Shown here: positions 24,371-32,000 of the stretch, one piece after another
Layout: each line of letters opens with the position of its first letter
How positions within the stretch are numbered: the stretch's first letter is position 1
Origin: Bacillus subtilis subsp. subtilis str. 168
GTDB lineage: Bacteria > Bacillota > Bacilli > Bacillales > Bacillaceae
DNA: 32,000 bases
Direction of reading: 5' to 3'
Assembly: GCF_000009045.1 (NCBI RefSeq)
Contig: NC_000964.3
Location: forward strand, 1,260,001-1,292,000
Made by a program: the position numbers and the translations under genes
The notes under the pieces: model-generated
What the model was told of the DNA's origin: nothing
What the model saw: the letters and a program-made list of their open reading frames with translations, nothing else
The model's database searches: none

Positions 24371-24769
24371 TCACATACAGCGGCGCTTTTTGATTCCCAA
24401 AACCAGCAGTTCTATGGCGGCACAGGCGGCAATTCCGATTGTATATGCTTCGATATCGCTCCATAAAAAACCGTACCCTAGTACAAGCCCGCCAAGAGAA
24501 GTATCTCTAATCTGGTCGATCCATTCGGCATGATAGAGCTGGCTGAATTCAATGACAAAACAGAAAGAAAGACTGATAATGCCCGTTATCATTGTCTTCA
24601 GCTTCCGAAATAGAAATCCGCATCCCGTGAAGATCATGGCGGCCCACAACGAGTCTCCCAGATAAGTATTGAGGGTATCAGGAAGAACACTGGAGAATGC
24701 TCTGGATCCAAGCCCCAGCCCAATGATCAGTATGGTGAAAACTGCATATATCCAACGATTTCGCTTCAT
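24371..24769 (-). CDS. yjgA: Small polytopic membrane protein (DUF2809-like)
   Basis: 132 aa with four hydrophobic segments. Confidence 0.7.
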   Translation of the reverse strand: MKRNRWIYAVFTILIIGLGLGSRAFSSVLPDTLNTYLGDSLWAAMIFTGCGFLFRKLKTMITGIISLSFCFVIEFSQLYHAEWIDQIRDTSLGGLVLGYGFLWSDIEAYTIGIAACAAIELLVLGIKKRRCM

Positions 24770-24838
24770 TGCGAATTGATACCCCGTCTCTGCTTCATCT
24801 CCCTGTATTGTAAGGAATATAGCTTTTATTTGTCCACT

Positions 24839-24860
24839 AAAAAAGCGGCTGAATAGCCGC
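24839..24860 (-). terminator. Intrinsic terminator of yjgB
   Basis: gcggct-gaat-agccgc. On the minus strand it is followed by T6. Confidence 0.7.
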
Positions 24861-24869
24861 GTAGGGTGT

Positions 24870-25445
24870 TTATTTTGCTTTTAGGTTTACATGGTCGGCT
24901 GTCTGATCCGTGCCTATTACAAAATGGAGTTCATAGCGGCCTGTATCATATACATAATCGATTTCATCGGTAAACGGGACGGTTAACACCCGATTTACTG
25001 GTCCTAATTGCTTCTGCAGCACTTCCGGCGTAACTCCGCCTAAATTCAGCTGCCGTTCCACACCGGTTCCAAAGTAGCGGATTTCTGAAATTGTCATGTC
25101 TTTATGATAGGAAAATCCGTAGCCCGGCTGTCCCATATTCCAGTGATATAAATCAAATCGATTGTCTCCCCCGACTGGTCTTTCCGGTTCCCCAAACGCA
25201 GCGTGGACATCCCCTTTTGTGCTTTTGTTAATGGTAAGGCCTTGCGCCTGCTGAGGCATTTCCCCTTTATAGGCGGTGTTATAGAGGTTTTTGACAAGCT
25301 CAGCGGCTGATTGATTCGTGTTTTCTGAGAGTGTGTTTGTTTGAGCTGCGGCCTTTGCCGGTGCTGAAAAGGACGCAGCCCCAAAGCCGGTAAAACAGCT
25401 TGTTACTGCTGCTGCCGCGGTTATAGCAGACATTGTCTTTTTCAT
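24870..25445 (-). CDS. yjgB: Secreted protein of unknown function
   Basis: ATG 25445 follows AGGAGGGA. Signal peptide MKKTMSAITAAAAVTSCFTGFGAASFSAPAKA. Confidence 0.8.
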   Translation of the reverse strand: MKKTMSAITAAAAVTSCFTGFGAASFSAPAKAAAQTNTLSENTNQSAAELVKNLYNTAYKGEMPQQAQGLTINKSTKGDVHAAFGEPERPVGGDNRFDLYHWNMGQPGYGFSYHKDMTISEIRYFGTGVERQLNLGGVTPEVLQKQLGPVNRVLTVPFTDEIDYVYDTGRYELHFVIGTDQTADHVNLKAK

Positions 25446-25590
25446 GTTAATCCCTCCTAATTGATCTACCATTCCGTTTCCCCGTGTTTTTGCAACGAAA
25501 CATGTGAGTGCGCTTTGTATGTTTTATTGAGTTGTTGTAAGGGAACTGAAATAGGTAATTCGGTATATAAAGCAAGAAAGGGGAATGGAG

Positions 25591-28548
25591 ATGGCTGGCA
25601 AGAAAACAATCACAATAAACGGCGTTGAAATGGAAGCGTCCGAGGAACAGACGGTGCTGCAGCTTTTGAATAACAGCTCGATTGAAGTGCCGCAAGTTTG
25701 CTATCATCCAAGCTTAGGGCCGATTGAGACATGTGATACGTGCATCGTCAGCATCAATGGTGAGCTGAAGAGGTCGTGCTCCGCTGAATTAAAGGATGGG
25801 GATGTCATTGATACGCTCTCACCTGACGTGAAAAAAGCGCAGGTCATCGGGATGGACAAGATTTTATATAATCATGAGCTTTATTGTACAGTTTGCGATT
25901 ACAACAATGGGGGATGCGAAATACATAATACGGTGAAGGAAATGAAAATCAATCACCAAAGCATTCCGTTTGATCACAAGCCATACCATAAGGATGAATC
26001 CCATCCGTTTTATCGGTATGATCCAGATCAATGTATATTGTGCGGACGCTGTGTTGAGGCATGCCAAGACGTTCAGGTAACTGAAACGCTGACCATTGAC
26101 TGGGAGCGGAAACGCCCGCGCGTCATTTGGGATAACGACGTGCCGATCAATGAGTCGTCATGTGTGTCATGCGGCCATTGTTCAACGGTCTGTCCGTGCA
26201 ACGCGATGATGGAAAAAGGAATGGAAGGGGAAGCCGGATATTTAACAGGCATCAATAACGAAACGCTGCGACCGATGATCGAGATCACGAAAGGCGTAGA
26301 GACAGGCTACGGCTCGATTCTCGCGATTTCTGATATGGAATCGGCCATGCGTGATGAACGAATCAAAAAAACGAAAACCGTCTGCACGTATTGCGGCGTC
26401 GGCTGCAGCTTTGATGTCTGGACAAAGGGCAGAGACATTCTGAAAGTAGAGCCGCAGGAGGAAGCGCCTGCCAACGGCATTTCTACTTGTGTGAAAGGCA
26501 AGTTCGGCTGGGATTTCGTTAACAGCGAAGAACGCCTGACAAAGCCGCTGATCCGTGAAGGCGATCATTTCCGTGAAGCAGAGTGGGAGGAGGCGTTATT
26601 GCTGATCGCCAGCAAGTTCACTGAATTAAAAGAGGCGTTTGGCCCGGATTCTCTCGCTTTTATTACATCTTCTAAATGTACAAATGAAGAATCCTATCTT
26701 ATGCAAAAGCTGGCCAGAGGGGTCATTGGCACAAATAATGTGGACAACTGCTCTCGCTATTGCCAATCTCCTGCGACTGCCGGCCTGTTCCGGACAGTCG
26801 GCTATGGCGGTGATTCAGGATCAATTACAGATATCGCGCAAGCGGACCTTGTTTTGATTATCGGTTCGAACACGTCTGAGTCGCATCCAGTCTTATCCAC
26901 TCGGATTAAACGGGCTCATAAGCTGAGAGGGCAGAAAGTGATCGTCGCGGATATCAGAAAGCACGAAATGGCAGAGCGCTCAGATTTATTTGTCCAGCCG
27001 CGTGCCGGATCGGATATCGTCTGGCTGAATGCGATCGCCAAATATTTAATAGAAAACGGCAAGGCCGATGAACGATTTTTGAGAGAAAGAGTGAACGGAC
27101 GGGATGAATATGTAAAAAGCCTCGCGCCGTACACACTTGAATATGCTGAGGAGAAAACCGGGATTGATCAAGAAACCCTTATCCAAATGGCAGAGATGAT
27201 CGGGCAAGCTGACAGTGTGTGCGCATTGTGGGCGATGGGCGTGACACAGCATATTGGAGGAAGCGACACGAGCACGGCGATCTCTAATCTGCTGCTTGTG
27301 ACAGGAAACTACGGAAAACCGGGAGCAGGTTCTTACCCATTGCGCGGCCATAACAACGTGCAGGGAGCAAGTGACTTTGGGAGTATGCCTGACAGACTAC
27401 CGGGCTATGAAAAAGTGACGGACGAACAAGTCCGCCAAAAATACGAGCGTGTGTGGGGTGTGCCGCTGCCGAAGGAGCCGGGTATGACCAACCACGAAAT
27501 GATTGAAAAAATCCATTCCGGACAGTTGAAAGCGATGTATGTAAAAGGTGAAGAAATGGGCCTTGTCGACTCCAATATCAATCATGTACACGCTGCATAT
27601 GAAAAGCTTGATTTCTTTGTGGTGCAGGACATTTTCCTTTCACGTACAGCGGAGTTTGCTGATGTGGTTCTTCCTGCGAGCCCGAGCCTTGAAAAAGAAG
27701 GAACGTTTACAAACACAGAACGCCGGATTCAGCGTTTGTATCAGGTATTTGAACCGCTGGGTGAATCAAAGCCGGATTGGCAGATTATTATGGAGGTTGC
27801 CAATAAGCTTGGCGCCGGCTGGCTCTATGAGCATCCTGCAGACATTATGGAGGAAGCAGCCAAGCTGTCGCCGATTTATGCCGGTGTCACCTATGAACGT
27901 CTTGAGGGCTATAATTCCCTGCAATGGCCTGTAAACGCTGATGGAAAGGATTCGCCTTTACTCTTTACAGAGCGCTTCCCTTTCCCAGACGGCAAGGCCA
28001 TTCTCTACCCTGTCCAGTGGACAGAGCCTAAGGAATTCGGTGAGGAATATGATATCCATGTCAACAATGGGCGGCTCTTGGAGCACTTCCACGAAGGGAA
28101 CCTGACTTACAAATCAAAAGGGATTTCGGAGAAAACACCGGAAGTGTTCTTAGAAATTTCTCCTGAGCTTGCGGCAGAACGAGGGATTCAGGACGGAACC
28201 CTCGTCAGACTCACATCGCCTTTCGGAAATGTCAAAGTGAAGTGCCTGATTACTGATCGAGTCAAAGGGAAGGAAGTATATCTGCCAATGAACGATTCAG
28301 GGGAAGCGGCGATCAACCTGTTAACAGGCAGCCATGCCGATAAGGATACCGATACGCCTGCTTACAAAGAAACATCGGCCAAGATGGAAATTTTGAAGCA
28401 CGACGGAATCAGCCCGCTGCCTAAGATCAACCACCGCAACGGCAATCCGCAGCCGCAAATCGGTGTGCAGGTTCATAAGAAATGGGCGCGGAAGGATTAT
28501 ATTTTCCCTGGTGACGCTGTGAAAAGGGGGATGGGCCATAATGGCTAA
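25591..28548 (+). CDS. yjgC: Formate dehydrogenase-like molybdopterin oxidoreductase with a fused 2Fe-2S / 4Fe-4S N-terminal module
   Basis: 2Fe-2S ([17 protein letters not shown]), two ferredoxin 4Fe-4S motifs ([24 protein letters not shown]), the Mo-bisPGD 4Fe-4S motif ([12 protein letters not shown]), and the molybdopterin dinucleotide-binding C-terminus. Starting at the third codon (MAGKK) gives 985 aa. Confidence 0.9.
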   Translation: MAGKKTITINGVEMEASEEQTVLQLLNNSSIEVPQVCYHPSLGPIETCDTCIVSINGELKRSCSAELKDGDVIDTLSPDVKKAQVIGMDKILYNHELYCTVCDYNNGGCEIHNTVKEMKINHQSIPFDHKPYHKDESHPFYRYDPDQCILCGRCVEACQDVQVTETLTIDWERKRPRVIWDNDVPINESSCVSCGHCSTVCPCNAMMEKGMEGEAGYLTGINNETLRPMIEITKGVETGYGSILAISDMESAMRDERIKKTKTVCTYCGVGCSFDVWTKGRDILKVEPQEEAPANGISTCVKGKFGWDFVNSEERLTKPLIREGDHFREAEWEEALLLIASKFTELKEAFGPDSLAFITSSKCTNEESYLMQKLARGVIGTNNVDNCSRYCQSPATAGLFRTVGYGGDSGSITDIAQADLVLIIGSNTSESHPVLSTRIKRAHKLRGQKVIVADIRKHEMAERSDLFVQPRAGSDIVWLNAIAKYLIENGKADERFLRERVNGRDEYVKSLAPYTLEYAEEKTGIDQETLIQMAEMIGQADSVCALWAMGVTQHIGGSDTSTAISNLLLVTGNYGKPGAGSYPLRGHNNVQGASDFGSMPDRLPGYEKVTDEQVRQKYERVWGVPLPKEPGMTNHEMIEKIHSGQLKAMYVKGEEMGLVDSNINHVHAAYEKLDFFVVQDIFLSRTAEFADVVLPASPSLEKEGTFTNTERRIQRLYQVFEPLGESKPDWQIIMEVANKLGAGWLYEHPADIMEEAAKLSPIYAGVTYERLEGYNSLQWPVNADGKDSPLLFTERFPFPDGKAILYPVQWTEPKEFGEEYDIHVNNGRLLEHFHEGNLTYKSKGISEKTPEVFLEISPELAAERGIQDGTLVRLTSPFGNVKVKCLITDRVKGKEVYLPMNDSGEAAINLLTGSHADKDTDTPAYKETSAKMEILKHDGISPLPKINHRNGNPQPQIGVQVHKKWARKDYIFPGDAVKRGMGHNG

Positions 28549-29101
28549 AGCGATTAAACGAATCCAAAAAATCGAGGTAACAGAAGAGGATCAGCGAAAG
28601 CGTGATTTGCGGGAAATTGAAGATGCTCTAATTGACCACAAAGAAGCGATTCTCGAAACATTGCATATGCTGGGCCATATGAACGAGCGCGGGGTCCTGC
28701 CGTTGCTCCGCGGCCTTTTTGGTCAAGGGGATAAAGTTCTTGATATCCTGGTGAAAAAGGCAGATACAGAGGAAACAGCCAATACGCTGAAAAATCTGCT
28801 TCTTCTGTTTGGAACACTCGGCATGCTGGACGTGAAGCAGCTGGAGCCTCTCATTTTGAAAGTGAATGCGGGTGTGGCAAGCGCTGTAGAGCAGAAAAAC
28901 AGTGAAGAAAAGACAGGTTATTTTGATATTATCCGCTCGCTAAAAGACCCGGAAATCAACAAATCAATTACACTGCTCTTTTCCTTTTTAAAAGGAATGG
29001 GACAAGATACAAAGGAGCTGGAACGCACGACGCAGCCTCCGGAACACCAAAAACATCATCAGGAACCCCGAGAGAAAAGAGGAATGAATAAGCGAGATTG
29101 A
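28541..29101 (+). CDS. yjgD: DUF1641 protein, accessory to the FDH-like enzyme
   Basis: Its start overlaps the yjgC stop by 8 nt (ATGGCTAA), which suggests translational coupling. Confidence 0.8.
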
Positions 29102-29107
29102 CCTCCC

Positions 29108-29140
29108 ACCCGAGCGGCTTCAGCCAGCTCGGGTTTTTTG
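29108..29140 (+). terminator. Intrinsic terminator after yjgD
   Basis: acccgagc / gctcgggt stem followed by T6. Confidence 0.8.
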
Positions 29141-29297
29141 ATGAAAAGGTCTAATGGACTAGTAAAAAATATTCAAATACTAGGAAGAAGTAAGATTGTG
29201 ATGAATGAGATAGAAATAATCGTTACTTTCTTACCTGTTAAGAAAAGGGAAAATCTGATTATAATAGAAATCGATTACTTTAGATGGGGGAACAATC

Positions 29298-29939
29298 ATG
29301 AAAAAAGTCTTATTACTATTATTTGTCTTGACGATCGGGTTAGCGCTTTCTGCGTGCAGCCAATCGAGCGATGCGTCAGAGAAGGAAAAACCGAAAGAGA
29401 AAAAATCGCAAGAAGAGCTTGAAAAGGAACTTGATAAGGAATTGAAAAAAGGCGGTGAGCCGAAGACCAAAAAAGATGATCAAATACATAAAATAGGAGA
29501 AACATTTAAAGCAGGACATACGAATTTTACAGTGAATAAAGTTGATAGAGTGCAAAAAGGTGAATATATGAATGTTGGCGGAGCTGTAAATGAGGAGACA
29601 AAAACAATAAAAGATGATGAGGAACGGCTTATTATAGAAGTTACGATGGAAAATATAGGGGAAGATTCAATAAGCTACAATTTTATCGGGTTTGATTTAA
29701 GAGATAAGAATGATCAATCAGTGCGGCCTGTTTTTTCTATAGAAGAGAAGGGCAGAATCCTTATGGGAGGAACACTAGTATCGGGGAAAAAGGTTACAGG
29801 TGTACTCAGTTATGTCATCCCTAAAGGAGAACAGAAACATTACACACTGGTATATAATCCGTTTTTAGCTGATACAAATAGCAGTAATACAGAAGAGAGA
29901 GTAAAGGACGATATTGATTACTTGGTGAAGTTAGATTAG
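29298..29939 (+). CDS. yjhA: Lipoprotein (DUF4352-like)
   Basis: Lipobox LALSAC after a signal peptide. K/E-rich linker. Confidence 0.85.
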   Translation: MKKVLLLLFVLTIGLALSACSQSSDASEKEKPKEKKSQEELEKELDKELKKGGEPKTKKDDQIHKIGETFKAGHTNFTVNKVDRVQKGEYMNVGGAVNEETKTIKDDEERLIIEVTMENIGEDSISYNFIGFDLRDKNDQSVRPVFSIEEKGRILMGGTLVSGKKVTGVLSYVIPKGEQKHYTLVYNPFLADTNSSNTEERVKDDIDYLVKLD

Positions 29940-29954
29940 ATGCTAATTTACAGT

Positions 29955-29990
29955 TGCACGTTTTTCATCTGTGGAAAACGTGCATTTTTT
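29955..29990 (+). terminator. Intrinsic terminator after yjhA
   Basis: tgcacgtttt ... aaaacgtgca stem followed by T6. Confidence 0.85.
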
Positions 29991-30017
29991 ATAGCGAAAC
30001 TTGACTTGAAAGGATGA

Positions 30018-30644
30018 GTGATAAAAGTGCAAACCAAATGGCTGGAACGGGCACAGCGGATTCGGGCGATCGCCCAAGCGGGGCTTGCTTTTTCCAAGGA
30101 TGTGTACGACAGGGAGAGGTACGAAGAGCTAATGAAGCTTAGCGCGGAAATGATGGCGGATTACTCGGAGAAGGACATTGAAGTTATCACTGATTTATGG
30201 CAAGGCGAGAAGGGCTATCCAACACCGAAAGCGGATGTTCGCGGCGCTGTATTCAGAGAGAATCAGATTTTGCTTGTCCGGGAGAAGCATGATGAGCTGT
30301 GGTCGCTGCCGGGCGGATTTTGCGAGATTGGTTTATCGCCGGCTGAAAACGTTGTCAAGGAAATCAAAGAAGAGTCGGGGTACGATACAGAGCCGTCTCG
30401 ATTGCTGGCCGTGCTAGACAGCCATAAACACTCTCATCCCCCTCAGCCTTATCACTATTATAAAATCTTCATCGCATGCAGCATGACGGACGGGCAGGGG
30501 GAAACAGGGATCGAGACGAATCATGCCGCTTTTTTTCCGGAAGACAGACTCCCGCCGCTTTCTCCTAAACGAAACACACCCTCACAGCTTAGCATGCTGT
30601 TTGACTTTTTGCGCCATCCGGACAAGAAAACGATATTTGACTAA
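30018..30644 (+). CDS. yjhB: Nudix hydrolase (ADP-ribose pyrophosphatase-like)
   Basis: Nudix box GGFCEIGLSPAENVVKEIKEESGY. The GTG start is uncertain. Confidence 0.8.
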   Translation: MIKVQTKWLERAQRIRAIAQAGLAFSKDVYDRERYEELMKLSAEMMADYSEKDIEVITDLWQGEKGYPTPKADVRGAVFRENQILLVREKHDELWSLPGGFCEIGLSPAENVVKEIKEESGYDTEPSRLLAVLDSHKHSHPPQPYHYYKIFIACSMTDGQGETGIETNHAAFFPEDRLPPLSPKRNTPSQLSMLFDFLRHPDKKTIFD

Positions 30645-30676
30645 AAAAGAAAGAGCCTGTGGGCTCTTTCTTTTTT
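30643..30676. terminator. Bidirectional terminator between yjhB and yjiA
   Basis: gaaagagcc-tgtg-ggctctttc flanked by an A-run and a T-run. Confidence 0.85.
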
Positions 30677-30953
30677 ATAATGTAATGTGTTTTTCGTTGG
30701 CGAGTTTCAGAAGGGTCAAAATAGAATCGGCTTGTTTATGGCCGAGTTTTTGCTTTAATTTGTTTTCTTCAACTAATCGGCTGCCATAAATTTTGACGGA
30801 GGCTTTGTCGACGACAGTATGCCAGTTTTCCTGTTTTTTTCCCTCAACAAGCGGTTTTTCATGTCTCTCAGAAAAAGAGAACACAAAGAGTACGAATGCA
30901 AGTGAAAGTAGGATTCCGACAACTTGTTTTTTGTAATCAGTCTGTGCTGCCAC
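30675..30953 (-). CDS. yjiA: Small membrane-anchored protein (92 aa)
   Basis: GTG start 6 nt after GAAGGAGAG. One N-terminal TM segment (VVGILLSLAFVLFVFSF). Confidence 0.65.
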   Translation of the reverse strand: MAAQTDYKKQVVGILLSLAFVLFVFSFSERHEKPLVEGKKQENWHTVVDKASVKIYGSRLVEENKLKQKLGHKQADSILTLLKLANEKHITL

Positions 30954-31343
30954 GTTGTTCTCTCCTTCACCTTTTACCTTCTATTTAATCATAGAACCAA
31001 ATTATTTTACATAATGGGAAAGTCATTTTTGGAGTTAGTGCATTTGGTTGAAAACAGAGACGTTTTTTGAGCGGAGCGGTGCAATTGAATCCATATTGGA
31101 TTTGCGTGCTTATGCCTAAGGTCACGTTGTGAGCCAAAACAGCAGTGCAGAATAGAAAAAAATTGAAAGATTATGGTAAGATGAACGAAATTCGAGGGGG
31201 AATATATGATGCCTGCATCGAACATCGTGATCGCCTGCCTGCTGTTATCAATTTAATTATTTGTGGTAGTCCCTCTCTTTTTCGAAAGCGGGAGGTGAAG
31301 TGGAACATTAATTGCTGAATTCTTTCAAGGGGAGTGACCGTAC

Positions 31344-32000
31344 ATGAATGTGTTAAACCGCCGGCAAGCCTTGCAGCGAGCGCTGCTCAATGGGAAAAAC
31401 AAACAGGATGCGTATCATCCGTTTCCATGGTATGAATCGATGAGAAAGGATGCGCCTGTTTCCTTTGATGAAGAAAACCAAGTGTGGAGCGTTTTTCTTT
31501 ATGATGATGTCAAAAAAGTTGTTGGGGATAAAGAGTTGTTTTCCAGTTGCATGCCGCAGCAGACAAGCTCTATTGGAAATTCCATCATTAACATGGACCC
31601 GCCGAAGCATACAAAAATCCGTTCAGTCGTGAACAAAGCCTTTACTCCGCGCGTGATGAAGCAATGGGAACCGAGAATTCAAGAAATCACAGATGAACTG
31701 ATTCAAAAATTTCAGGGGCGCAGTGAGTTTGACCTTGTTCACGATTTTTCATACCCGCTTCCGGTTATTGTGATATCTGAGCTGCTGGGAGTGCCTTCAG
31801 CGCATATGGAACAGTTTAAAGCATGGTCTGATCTTCTGGTCAGTACACCGAAGGATAAAAGTGAAGAAGCTGAAAAAGCCTTTTTGGAAGAACGAGATAA
31901 GTGTGAGGAAGAACTGGCCGCGTTTTTTGCCGGCATCATAGAAGAAAAGCGAAACAAACCGGAACAGGATATTATTTCTATTTTAGTGGAAGCGGAAGAA
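31344..32000 (+). CDS. yjiB: Cytochrome P450 (CYP109-like), N-terminal part; runs off the window end
   Basis: AAGGGGAG SD 9 nt upstream of the ATG. MNVLNRRQALQRALLNGKNKQDAYHPFPWYESMRKDAPVSFDEENQVWSVFLYDDVKKV...NMDPPKHTKIRSVV (the typical bacterial P450 DPPxH region). The frame is open to base 32000. It is absent from the ORF track because no stop codon lies inside the window. Confidence 0.85.
   Translation, partial: MNVLNRRQALQRALLNGKNKQDAYHPFPWYESMRKDAPVSFDEENQVWSVFLYDDVKKVVGDKELFSSCMPQQTSSIGNSIINMDPPKHTKIRSVVNKAFTPRVMKQWEPRIQEITDELIQKFQGRSEFDLVHDFSYPLPVIVISELLGVPSAHMEQFKAWSDLLVSTPKDKSEEAEKAFLEERDKCEEELAAFFAGIIEEKRNKPEQDIISILVEAEE

Noticed and set aside
25591-28548. Selenocysteine (in-frame TGA) in the FDH-like gene
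   Set aside because: The frame is continuous with TGC at the ligand position, so there is no recoding event.
31007-31225. 72-aa minus-strand ORF between yjiA and yjiB
   Set aside because: It has no SD and an implausible composition. It would need its own promoter inside the yjiB upstream region.

Overview
This window looks like a Bacillus subtilis 168-type chromosomal segment. I identified it from the encoded proteins (CotT, ManR/ManP/ManA, CtaO, PdaC); no database search was possible. Gene order: the 3' end of metC, yjcK, yjcL, then a stand-alone tRNA-Val(GAC). Next comes an accessory stretch (about 2.9-10.1 kb) with no integrase. It holds two decayed small genes and a secreted amidase-domain protein (yjcM) with a divergent small membrane protein (yjcN). 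It also holds a decayed PBSX/skin-like phage remnant: a three-gene operon ending in an Xpf/ArpU-like late activator, plus a small-terminase gene with no packaging or structural genes behind it. An AT-rich yjcP-yjcQ cassette with a sigma-D-type promoter is inserted into that remnant, followed by yjcS/yjdA/yjdB. After the island comes the mannose locus manR-manPA-yjdF, with paired ManR operator motifs, a cre box and the yjdF riboswitch. The rest is core genes: yjdG-yjdJ, ctaO, cotT, pdaC (WalR boxes), yjfA, yjfB (missed by the ORF track, sigma-D-like promoter), yjfC, yjgA, yjgB, the FDH-like molybdoenzyme yjgC with yjgD, yjhA, yjhB, yjiA and the 5' part of the P450 gene yjiB. I saw no rRNA, CRISPR array, IS element or recombinase gene. 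The most interesting part is the mosaic island next to the tRNA, especially yjcP-yjcQ and yjcM/yjcN, whose functions are unknown. The functional ideas I offer for them are inference only.
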